A model generated the notes under the pieces. The model was given only the letters and a program-made list of their open reading frames with translations, had not been told where the DNA came from and did not search any database. Positions 1 to 7,775 of a stretch of 64,000 nt of DNA are shown here, in pieces. The DNA comes from Alphaproteobacteria bacterium (GTDB lineage Bacteria > Pseudomonadota > Alphaproteobacteria > SP197), in contig OZ245842.1 of NCBI GenBank assembly GCA_965228895.1, positions 3,840,001-3,904,000 of the forward strand. Direction: 5' to 3'. Position 1 is the stretch's first letter, and every line of letters starts with the position of its first letter. Position numbers and translations under genes: made by a program.

Positions 1-108
1 TTCCTCGATACGGACGCGATCGCGGAGACCTACTACGCGCTCTATCGCCAGCACCCGACTGCGTGGACGCACGAGCTGGACCTGAGGCCCGCCATCGAGA
101 AGTGGTAG
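1..108 (+). CDS. 3' end of a short-chain dehydrogenase/reductase (partial)
   Basis: Frame 1 reads FLDTDAIAETYYALYRQHPTAWTHELDLRPAIEKW*, the AWTxELDLRP C-terminus typical of one SDR subfamily. Confidence 0.75.
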   Translation, partial: FLDTDAIAETYYALYRQHPTAWTHELDLRPAIEKW

Positions 109-125
109 ACCACCGAAACACGACA

Positions 126-237
126 GCGTCCCGGGCTTGACCCGGGACCTATGAACACGGACCTGCGCCCTTAGGCCGCTTTGTCGTAAACACGTCGTGT
201 TCGATGTTCCTGGGCCCCGGCTCTACGGCCGGGGCGC
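126..237. repeat. REP-like element with two GC-rich hairpins between convergent genes
   Basis: GTCCCGGG-cttga-CCCGGGAC (128-148) and GCCCCGGC-tctacg-GCCGGGGC (214-235); inner pairing GAACACG/CGTGTTC. Confidence 0.65.
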
Positions 238-261
238 GAGAGTGATGTTAGAGAGCGATCC

Positions 262-591
262 CTAATACGCCTCGCCGCGCGCGGCGGCTTCGGCGGCGCG
301 GCGTTTCTCGCCTTCCTGGAAGGTCGCCAACGCCTCTTCAGAGGCTTTTTCCTGATACCTGTCCTTATAGTCGCCATAAGGCATGCCATAGACGACCTCG
401 CGCGCCTGATCGTAATCGATCTCGACACCGCGCTCCTCGGCCTCGGCGCGGTACCATTTCGACAGGCAGTTGCGGCAGAAATCGGCGAGGTTCATGAGCT
501 CGATGTTCTGTACCTCAGGATGCCGTTGGAAGTGATCGCGCAAGCGCCGGAACACGGCGGCCTCGACTTCAGTCCGCGTCTTGTCATCCAT
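262..591 (-). CDS. DUF1244 family protein
   Basis: EAAVFRRL...VQNIELMNLADFCRNCLSKWY...AREVVYGMPY motif; GAGGAG SD upstream of ATG at 591. Confidence 0.9.
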   Translation of the reverse strand: MDDKTRTEVEAAVFRRLRDHFQRHPEVQNIELMNLADFCRNCLSKWYRAEAEERGVEIDYDQAREVVYGMPYGDYKDRYQEKASEEALATFQEGEKRRAAEAAARGEAY

Positions 592-651
592 GGTCGTCTC
601 CTCGGAAATTGGCTTGGTCACCCCACCATGTGGGCACGCCAGCCGCGCGCC

Positions 652-1791
652 TCAAGCGCAACCGGATAGCGTTTCCTCGCGCAACTGGTCCATCACCGCA
701 TGAAACGCGCGGTCGGGATCGTCATAACCACCATTGGCGGCGAAACAGGCGAGCTGCCGGTCGGCGCTGGTGCCTTCGCGCGGGATCTGGCGCGCCCGTT
801 CGATCTCGGCGAGGCAGTCAAGCGCCTCGGCATCCTCGTGCACCAGCTCGGCCAGTTCGTCGACCAGGTCGGCAAGCGGTATCAGGCTGCGCTTGCCGAA
901 ATCGACCAGCTTGGCCTCGGCGCCATAACGCTGCGCCAGCCAGCGGTTTTCCTGGATCAGCATGTTCGAATACTCGCGCCAGCGCTGATTGGTCGCGCGC
1001 AGCCGGTAGAGCAGCCTGACGATGCAGCGGAACAAGGCGGCGACCGCGACCGCGTCGTCGAGCAGCGAGCAGGTATCGCAGATCCGGAGTTCGACCGTGG
1101 GATAGCGCACGCTCGGACGCAGGTCCCACCAGATCTTGGTGCCGTCCTGGACCAGACCGGCGCTCGTCATCTGGTCGATCATGCGCTGGTATTCGCCCCA
1201 GCTCGGGATCGGATGGGGCAACCCGGTGCGCGGCAGACTGTCGAAGACGGCCAGACGGTAGACCTTCAAACCCATATCGCGGCCCTGCCAGAACGGCGAC
1301 GATGCGGTCAGGCATAGCAGGTGCGGCAGGAAGTAACGCGCTTGGTTGATGACATCGACGCGGAAATCGTCATCCTCGATCCCGATGTGCACATGCATGC
1401 CGCAGATCAGCATGCGTTGGATGACGCCCCGCATGTCGTGCGCCATGCCGTCATAACGATCGACATGGGTGTGCACCTGATCCTGCCAGTCGGCGTAGGG
1501 ATGTGTCGATGCGGCGATCGGCGCCAGGCCATAACGCTTGGCGACATCGGCCACGCCACCGCGCAGCCGTTTGAGATCGTCGCGCACCTCGGCCATGGAG
1601 CTGCATACCTTGGTGCCGACTTCGATCTGGGCGCGCAGGAACTCGTGGCTGACACAGCCCTTGCCCAGTTCCTTGACGCAGTTTTCCAGCAGCTCTTCGG
1701 GCGGATCGGTCGCCAGATTGCCGGTTTCGATGTCGATCAGCAGATACTCTTCTTCGACACCAATCGTCAGGCTGGGCGGTTGCGGGGTCAT
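652..1791 (-). CDS. Carboxylate-amine ligase (YbdK/GCS2 family)
   Basis: TIGVEEEY, GMHVHIG, SSPFWQG, WWDLRPS, ELRICD motifs. Confidence 0.9.
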   Translation of the reverse strand: MTPQPPSLTIGVEEEYLLIDIETGNLATDPPEELLENCVKELGKGCVSHEFLRAQIEVGTKVCSSMAEVRDDLKRLRGGVADVAKRYGLAPIAASTHPYADWQDQVHTHVDRYDGMAHDMRGVIQRMLICGMHVHIGIEDDDFRVDVINQARYFLPHLLCLTASSPFWQGRDMGLKVYRLAVFDSLPRTGLPHPIPSWGEYQRMIDQMTSAGLVQDGTKIWWDLRPSVRYPTVELRICDTCSLLDDAVAVAALFRCIVRLLYRLRATNQRWREYSNMLIQENRWLAQRYGAEAKLVDFGKRSLIPLADLVDELAELVHEDAEALDCLAEIERARQIPREGTSADRQLACFAANGGYDDPDRAFHAVMDQLREETLSGCA

Positions 1792-1796
1792 GGCAT

Positions 1797-2624
1797 CTAT
1801 ACGTGGCGGCGATAGAGGTCCTGGTCGGCCAGGATCGGCGCGAAACCCTCGATCATGATCGCGGTCCAGCGCGCCAGACCCGCTTCGTCGCCGACCAGAT
1901 CCTGGCGCAGCTCGATCTGCACATTGGGTCGGCCGTGGCCTGCGGCATGCACCGGCAGGGAAAAGCCGTGGGGCGAGGCCGCCGTGTAAGGCTCGTTATC
2001 GCCCACCACCAGATCGCCGCGCGTGTGCAGGTAGTGCATCAAGGGCGCGGAGATTCGGTCGTCGCGGTCCCACAGGATGCCGATATGCCAGGGCCGGGGC
2101 GCGTGCCCCATGGCGGGTGTGAAACTGTGCATCATGATAATCGGCGGCGTCATGCCGCGCGCCTCGACCCCTTCGATCACCGCTGCCGCAGCCTGATGAT
2201 AGGGCCAAAAGCAGGCTTCTGTCCTGAGCGCTCTTTCGGCCTCGGAGATGTTCTGATTGCCGGGGATCGGGTTACCGTCGCTGGTCTCCAGAACGGACTC
2301 GGGGTCGTCGAGCTGGCGGTTGCAGTCGATCACCAGCCGGGAAAAGCCGGCCAACACGGCTGGTGCGTCAAAATGGGCGGAAAGCCGGCGCGTGACCTCC
2401 GCCGCGCCGATGTCCCAGGCGATGTGTTCCTGCAACTGCGCCTCGCTCAGACCCAGATTGTCGAGCGCCAGGGGTATCCGATTGCTGGCATGGTCGCACA
2501 GGAAGACGACCGGCGCCTTGCCCCTGGGATTGAGGATCTCATAGGCCGGTGGATCGTCGGGGCCGAGAAGCGGATCGCCGGGTTCTCCGGCGTCGGTGAA
2601 ACCGTCGCGAATAACTGTGCTCAT
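1797..2624 (-). CDS. N-formylglutamate amidohydrolase family protein
   Basis: CDHASN, HIAWDIGA, SRLVIDCNR, HSFTP, GDNEPY, IELRQDL. Confidence 0.9.
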   Translation of the reverse strand: MSTVIRDGFTDAGEPGDPLLGPDDPPAYEILNPRGKAPVVFLCDHASNRIPLALDNLGLSEAQLQEHIAWDIGAAEVTRRLSAHFDAPAVLAGFSRLVIDCNRQLDDPESVLETSDGNPIPGNQNISEAERALRTEACFWPYHQAAAAVIEGVEARGMTPPIIMMHSFTPAMGHAPRPWHIGILWDRDDRISAPLMHYLHTRGDLVVGDNEPYTAASPHGFSLPVHAAGHGRPNVQIELRQDLVGDEAGLARWTAIMIEGFAPILADQDLYRRHV

Positions 2625-2740
2625 GGGCGGCGACTATAGCTACAGCCCGCGCCATGCCAAAGGACTTCAACCACATGACCCTATGCCGCATGCAGGCTTT
2701 TCCTTTGACCTCGCCATCGCCTGTGGCAGCTTCGCGCGCC

Positions 2741-4033
2741 ATGGACCTCAACCAACCCCGCCAACTGCTGCTCGACCTCTTCCAGACCGCGGTCGACGCG
2801 GCCGATCCCGCCCATTGCCTGGCAGGCAGGCTGCCGGAACCGCCGAAGGGCCGCACCATCGTTGTCGGCGCCGGCAAGGCGGCTGGCGCCATGGCCGCCG
2901 AGGTTGAGCGCCAATGGACCGGACCTCTGGAAGGTCTCGTCATCACACCCTATGGCCACGGCATGGCGACGGAGCGGATCGAGGTCGTCGAGGCGGCCCA
3001 TCCCGTGCCCGACCAGGCCGGGCAGGATGCCGCCAGGCGCATTCTGGCGCTTGCCGAGAGCGCCGGCGAAGGCGACCTCGTGCTGTGCCTCATCTCCGGC
3101 GGCGGTTCGTCCCTGATGGCGCTGCCGGCGGCGGGCCTCAGCCTCGACGACAAACGTCAGGTCAACGCGCAGCTTCTGAAATCCGGCGCGACCATTCACG
3201 AGATCAACTGCGTGCGCAAACACCTGTCGGCGATCAAGGGCGGCCGGTTGGCCGCCGCTGCCTTTCCGGCGCGCACGGTGTCGCTGGCGATATCCGACGT
3301 CACCGGCGACGACCCCTCCTCCATCGCCTCCGGTCCCACGGTCGGCGATCCCACGCGTTTTGAGGACGCCCGCGCGATCTTGGCGAAGTACGGCATCGAC
3401 CCGCCCGCATCGGTCACGCGCCATCTGGCAGACGCCGCAGACGAGACACCGAAGCCGGGCGACCCCCGGCTGACCGATAGCCACTACACCGTCATCGCGA
3501 CACCGCAGGCATCGCTGCAGGCCGCAGCGGCAAGAGCGCGCGCTGCCGGTCTCAACGTGCTCATCCTGGGCGACACGCTTGAAGGCGAATCGCGCGACGT
3601 CGCGCTGGTTCACGCCGCGATCGTGCGCCAGATCGCGCAGCATCGCGAGCCGGTCGCGCCGCCTTGCGTCATTCTGTCGGGCGGCGAGACAACGGTCACC
3701 ATGCGCCACGATGGCGGCTCCGGCGGACGCAACCGCGTGTTCGCACTGGCGCTCGCCTCTGCGCTTCAGGGCCTTGCCGGCGTCCATGGACTGGCTGCCG
3801 ATACGGACGGCATCGACGGATCATCCAATGGCGCCGGCGCCGTCTTCGGCCCGGATACGCTCGCGCGAGCAGCCTCGGCCAGTATGGATGCACGTTGGGC
3901 CTTGGATCATGACGACAGCGGCGGGTTCTTTGCCGCGCTCGATGACGCTATCGTCACAGGCCCGACACGAACCAACGTTAATGATTTCCGCGCCATCCTG
4001 GTCGCCATTGGCGATACGCCCGCCACAACTTAG
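2741..4033 (+). CDS. Glycerate 2-kinase (MOFRL/TtuD family)
   Basis: GAGKAA, AAHPVPD, LISGGGS, IKGGRLA, GGETTV, TDGIDG, TGPTRTNVND; start chosen at MDLNQPRQ. Confidence 0.9.
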   Translation: MDLNQPRQLLLDLFQTAVDAADPAHCLAGRLPEPPKGRTIVVGAGKAAGAMAAEVERQWTGPLEGLVITPYGHGMATERIEVVEAAHPVPDQAGQDAARRILALAESAGEGDLVLCLISGGGSSLMALPAAGLSLDDKRQVNAQLLKSGATIHEINCVRKHLSAIKGGRLAAAAFPARTVSLAISDVTGDDPSSIASGPTVGDPTRFEDARAILAKYGIDPPASVTRHLADAADETPKPGDPRLTDSHYTVIATPQASLQAAAARARAAGLNVLILGDTLEGESRDVALVHAAIVRQIAQHREPVAPPCVILSGGETTVTMRHDGGSGGRNRVFALALASALQGLAGVHGLAADTDGIDGSSNGAGAVFGPDTLARAASASMDARWALDHDDSGGFFAALDDAIVTGPTRTNVNDFRAILVAIGDTPATT

Positions 4034-4165
4034 AGCAGATCCTGTTTGATGGCATCGCCTCACGATGGCATCAAGGCAGGTGAATCTGCTCTACTCATAG
4101 ATGAAGAGCGGATCATGGTTAGGTTGAACCGACAAGCGGTTCAACCTAACCATGATCCGCTCTAG
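4031..4165. repeat. CTAG-bounded double-hairpin repeat, copy 1
   Basis: TAGAGCAGAT...GTGAATCTGCTCTA hairpin, then a perfect 27-bp inverted repeat 4105-4131/4137-4163; homologous to copies at 16924, 18065, 35808, 51180. Confidence 0.9.
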
Positions 4166-4176
4166 AATGGGATCAC

Positions 4177-5580
4177 ATGCGCCGTAATCGCCAAGCCAAA
4201 ATCCTTGCCACCTTGGGCCCCGGCACCTCCAGCCGGGACGCCATCGCCGCGTTGTTCGAGGCGGGAGCCGATGTCTTCCGACTCAACATGAGCCACGGCA
4301 AGCGGGAAAAGCACAAGGCGAACTTTGACGCCATTCGTGAGCTTGAAGGCGTCTATGGTCGGCCGATCGGCGTCTTGTTGGACCTGCAGGGGCCCAAGTT
4401 GAGGATCGCAACCTTTGCCGGCGACGCGATCGCGATCAAGAAGGGGCACAAGCTTCGCTTCGATCTCGATGAGACGCCGGGCGACGAGACACGGGTCGGC
4501 TTGCCGCACCCCGAGGTGTTCCAGGCACTCAAACCCGGCACCACGGTGCTGCTCGACGACGGACGGGTCAGCCTGAAGGTCATCGACTGCGGTGCCGACT
4601 TCGCCGATGCCGAGGTCATCGCCGGCGATGAGCTTTCGAATCACAAGGGCCTGAACCTGCCGGGCGTCCAGCTGCCGATCGCGGCACTGACGGAAAAGGA
4701 CCGCGACGACCTGGCGTTCGGCCTTGAGCTCGGCGTCGACTGGGTCGCGCTTTCCTTCGTGCAGCGGCCCGAAGACATGGCCGAAGCGCGCGAGCTTGTC
4801 GCAGGCCGCGCCGCAGTCATGGCGAAGTTGGAAAAACCGTCGGCCATCGACATGCTGGAAGGGATCGTCGAACTCTCAGATGGCTTGATGGTGGCGCGCG
4901 GCGATCTGGGCGTCGAGCTACCGCCGGAAGAAGTCCCCGGCCTGCAAAAGCGCATCATCCGGGCGTGCAGGGTGGCCGGCAAACCGGTTGTGGTGGCAAC
5001 TCAGATGCTCGATTCCATGGTCGACGCGCCGACGCCGACAAGAGCCGAAGCCTCTGATGTCGCGACCGCCGTCTATGACGGCGCCGACTGCCTGATGCTG
5101 TCGGCCGAAACGGCGGTCGGTGACTATCCGAGCGAGGCGGTCGCCATGATGGACCGCATCATGCACACGGTTGAACATGACCCGCTCTATGACACCGTGG
5201 CCGCCGATGCGGAGGCGACCAGCGCCGACGCCATCTCGGCAGCCGCGCGCCAGGTCGTGCACACGATCGGCGCGTCCGCCATTGTCGCCTATTCGGTCAG
5301 CGGCGCGACGACACTGCGCGCCGCGCGGGTCAGGCCGGAAGTGCCGATTGTCGGCATCACGCCAAAGATCACTTCGGCGCGGCGGTTGACCATGGCGTGG
5401 GGCGTCCATTCGGTGCGCACCGAAGATGCCCGCGATTTCGTCGACATGGTGAACCGTGCCTGTTCGATCTCGAAAGAAGCGGGCTTCGCCGAACCCGGCG
5501 ACCGCATCGTCATCACCGCCGGCGTCCCCTTCGGCACCCCAGGCGCCACGAACACGCTCAGGATCGCCTGGGTCGACTAG
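4177..5580 (+). CDS. pyk: Pyruvate kinase
   Basis: KILATLGP, FRLNMSHG, DLQGPKLR, MVARGDLGVE, ATQMLDSM, PTRAEASD, MLSAETA. Confidence 0.97.
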   Translation: MRRNRQAKILATLGPGTSSRDAIAALFEAGADVFRLNMSHGKREKHKANFDAIRELEGVYGRPIGVLLDLQGPKLRIATFAGDAIAIKKGHKLRFDLDETPGDETRVGLPHPEVFQALKPGTTVLLDDGRVSLKVIDCGADFADAEVIAGDELSNHKGLNLPGVQLPIAALTEKDRDDLAFGLELGVDWVALSFVQRPEDMAEARELVAGRAAVMAKLEKPSAIDMLEGIVELSDGLMVARGDLGVELPPEEVPGLQKRIIRACRVAGKPVVVATQMLDSMVDAPTPTRAEASDVATAVYDGADCLMLSAETAVGDYPSEAVAMMDRIMHTVEHDPLYDTVAADAEATSADAISAAARQVVHTIGASAIVAYSVSGATTLRAARVRPEVPIVGITPKITSARRLTMAWGVHSVRTEDARDFVDMVNRACSISKEAGFAEPGDRIVITAGVPFGTPGATNTLRIAWVD

Positions 5581-5588
5581 ACCGGCAA

Positions 5589-5607
5589 CCCCGGCTCAAG
5601 GCCGGGG
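5589..5607. repeat. REP-like hairpin, possible terminator between convergent genes
   Basis: CCCCGGC-tcaag-GCCGGGG, similar to the hairpin at 214-235. Confidence 0.55.
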
Positions 5608-5637
5608 CGTAAAACCGGTGTTGAGTGAGACTGTGAC

Positions 5638-6198
5638 CTAGATCGCCTTGCCGTGCAGCTTTTCTTCGAGCGCGTCGACCTGATCGCGGATCGACGGCAT
5701 GTGCGGGTTCTGGTCGAGTGCGGCCTTGAACCACTCAAGCGCCTTCTCGTCTTCCTCGCGCGCCATATAGATCAGGCCCAGGCCGGAGAGCGCGCCGAAA
5801 TGGCGCGGCTCGAGATCCAGCACGACCAAACAATCGGCGATCGATTCATCATAGGACCCCACCATGTAATAGACCGTCGCGCGTTTGTTCCAGGCTTCGG
5901 CAAACTTCGGCGCGATGTCGATGATGTCGGAGAACGTCTTGATCGCCAGATCCAAGTCACCGATCTGCATGGCGCGGGTGCCCTCATACATCAGCCGGTT
6001 GAGCTGATCGTCGTTGGCTTCGGTCCAGATCGACCAGATGTAACTCTGAATGACCTGGGCCTCGGCCTGATCACCGGTCGTGTGCAGGCGGGTGAAGAGA
6101 TCGTCGAGACGGGGATCGTCCTGGGCCGCCATGCCCTGAACCGGCAGGGCGATGGCGCAGGCGGCAAGCGCCGCGAAAAGAAAACGTCGTGCAGTCAT
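5638..6198 (-). CDS. Exported tetratricopeptide repeat protein
   Basis: Signal-peptide-like N-terminus; PKFAEAWNKRATVYY and LEPRHFGALSGLGLI TPR motifs. Confidence 0.85.
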   Translation of the reverse strand: MTARRFLFAALAACAIALPVQGMAAQDDPRLDDLFTRLHTTGDQAEAQVIQSYIWSIWTEANDDQLNRLMYEGTRAMQIGDLDLAIKTFSDIIDIAPKFAEAWNKRATVYYMVGSYDESIADCLVVLDLEPRHFGALSGLGLIYMAREEDEKALEWFKAALDQNPHMPSIRDQVDALEEKLHGKAI

Positions 6199-6243
6199 GG
6201 AGAAGAATCTAGGCGTGCGGCCCACGTCTGCCAAGCAATGGCC

Positions 6244-6429
6244 CTACACAGCCGCGTGAAGCACGGACGGTTGGGGTGTTTCCCAAGAAGAAAGGCCGCT
6301 GTCTTGGGGACGGCGGCCTTTTCGCGTGTAGATCTTTTGGTTCTTGACGACCCGTTGCCGGTAGCGCCCCTTGGCCAAGGCCTTGGCGGCGACGTTCCGG
6401 CGGCTCGCCCGCTTTGTCGGACGTTTCAT
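6244..6429 (-). CDS. Small basic protein, ArfA-like (alternative ribosome-rescue factor candidate)
   Basis: AGGAGGT SD just upstream of ATG; NVAAKALAKGRYRQRVVKNQKIYTRKGRR resembles the E. coli ArfA core [32 protein letters not shown]. Confidence 0.6.
   Translation of the reverse strand: MKRPTKRASRRNVAAKALAKGRYRQRVVKNQKIYTRKGRRPQDSGLSSWETPQPSVLHAAV
6285..6323 (-). terminator. Intrinsic terminator-like hairpin inside the ArfA-like ORF
   Basis: Minus strand AAAGGCCGCCGTC-cccaa-GACAGCGGCCTTT followed by CTTCTT; 12 of 13 stem pairs. Confidence 0.65.
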
Positions 6430-6482
6430 GTCACACCTCCTGAGATATGAGGGTTGAGCCGGAATGGCGTGAAGATGGGGGC

Positions 6483-7769
6483 TCAGGCGGAGTCTGACAA
6501 GGCCCGCGGTTTGGGGCCGCCCTGGGCCCAGTCGAGCAGTTCGACGGGGTGCAGCACCGGTTTGTCCAGACCACCGGCGATCTGAACGATGCAGCCGACA
6601 TTGCCGGCGGCGACGACATCGGCGCCGGTTTGCCGGATGTTGCCGACCTTGCGCTCGCGCAGCCGGGCCGATAGCTCGGGCTGGACCAGGTTATAGGTGC
6701 CGGCCGAACCGCAGCAGATATGGCCCTCCGGCACGTCACGCACCTCGAACCCCACGCGCTTCAGAAGATCGCCGGGTAGCGACGGGATCTGCTGGCCATG
6801 CTGCAGCGAGCATGCGCTGTGATAGGCGAGTACCGGCAGACCGGAAAGCCGGCTTGGCGGCATGTCGAGTTCAGCGATGACCTCGCTGACGTCACGCGCC
6901 TTCTCCGATAGCGCGGCGGCGCGGCCGGCCCAATCGGGGTCGTTGCGCAGCAGGAAACCGTACTCCTTCAATTGCGTGCCACAGCCCGACGCGTTGGCGA
7001 TGACGGCGTCGACCGGCCCGGCGGCCTCCCAGGCCGCGATGTTGCGCCGGGCCACCGCCTGGGCGTCGCTTTCCAGGCCCATGTGGTGGACAAGCGCGCC
7101 GCAGCATCCGGTGTTGCGCGCGACGACGACCTCGCAGCCCAGCCGGGTCAACAAGCGGATGGTCGCGGCATTGATGTCAGGCGTCAGAACTTTCTGGGCA
7201 CAGCCAGTCAGGAGCGCGACGCGTTTCTTGCGCTCGCCTAGGGCAGGATGAACTGCGGGCCTGTCATATGCCGACGGCTCGGCAAGACGGTCGGGCGCCA
7301 TAGCCAAGAGATGGCGCAGCTTTTGCGGCATGAGCGCTGCAAAGGGACGCGCCATCAGGGCACCGATCAAGGCCAACCGGAAACGGCCGGGATAAGGCAG
7401 CAGCGCGGCAAGCAGCCGGCGCATCGCGCGCTCAGAGGCGGGACGTTCGTAGGTCTCTTGGATATGCAGGCGCGCGTGGTCAACCAGGTGCATGTAGTTG
7501 ACGCCGGATGGACACGTCGTCATGCAGGAGAGACACGACAGGCAGCGGTCGACATGACGCACGGTCGTGGCATCGGCCGGCCGGTCTTTTTCCAGCATGT
7601 CCTTGATCATGTAGATGCGCCCACGCGGGCTGTCGCGCTCGTCGCCCAGCAACAGATAGGTTGGGCAGGTCGCCAGACAGAAACCGCAGTGAACGCAGGT
7701 GCGCAGGATGCGCTCCGCTTCTTTGATATGCGGATCGGCAAGCCTGATCAGATCGAAGCGGGTTTCCAT
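6483..7769 (-). CDS. glcF: Glycolate oxidase iron-sulfur subunit
   Basis: CVHCGFCLATCP, DSPRGRI, CLSCLSCMTTCP, CCGA, CCGSAGTYN; follows glcDE. Confidence 0.95.
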   Translation of the reverse strand: METRFDLIRLADPHIKEAERILRTCVHCGFCLATCPTYLLLGDERDSPRGRIYMIKDMLEKDRPADATTVRHVDRCLSCLSCMTTCPSGVNYMHLVDHARLHIQETYERPASERAMRRLLAALLPYPGRFRLALIGALMARPFAALMPQKLRHLLAMAPDRLAEPSAYDRPAVHPALGERKKRVALLTGCAQKVLTPDINAATIRLLTRLGCEVVVARNTGCCGALVHHMGLESDAQAVARRNIAAWEAAGPVDAVIANASGCGTQLKEYGFLLRNDPDWAGRAAALSEKARDVSEVIAELDMPPSRLSGLPVLAYHSACSLQHGQQIPSLPGDLLKRVGFEVRDVPEGHICCGSAGTYNLVQPELSARLRERKVGNIRQTGADVVAAGNVGCIVQIAGGLDKPVLHPVELLDWAQGGPKPRALSDSA

Positions 7770-7775
7770 CCGGCG

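Noticed and set aside
4031-4165. CRISPR array or tRNA interpretation of the repeats
   Set aside because: Copies are dispersed, not regularly spaced with unique spacers; no cas genes; no cloverleaf or T-loop consensus
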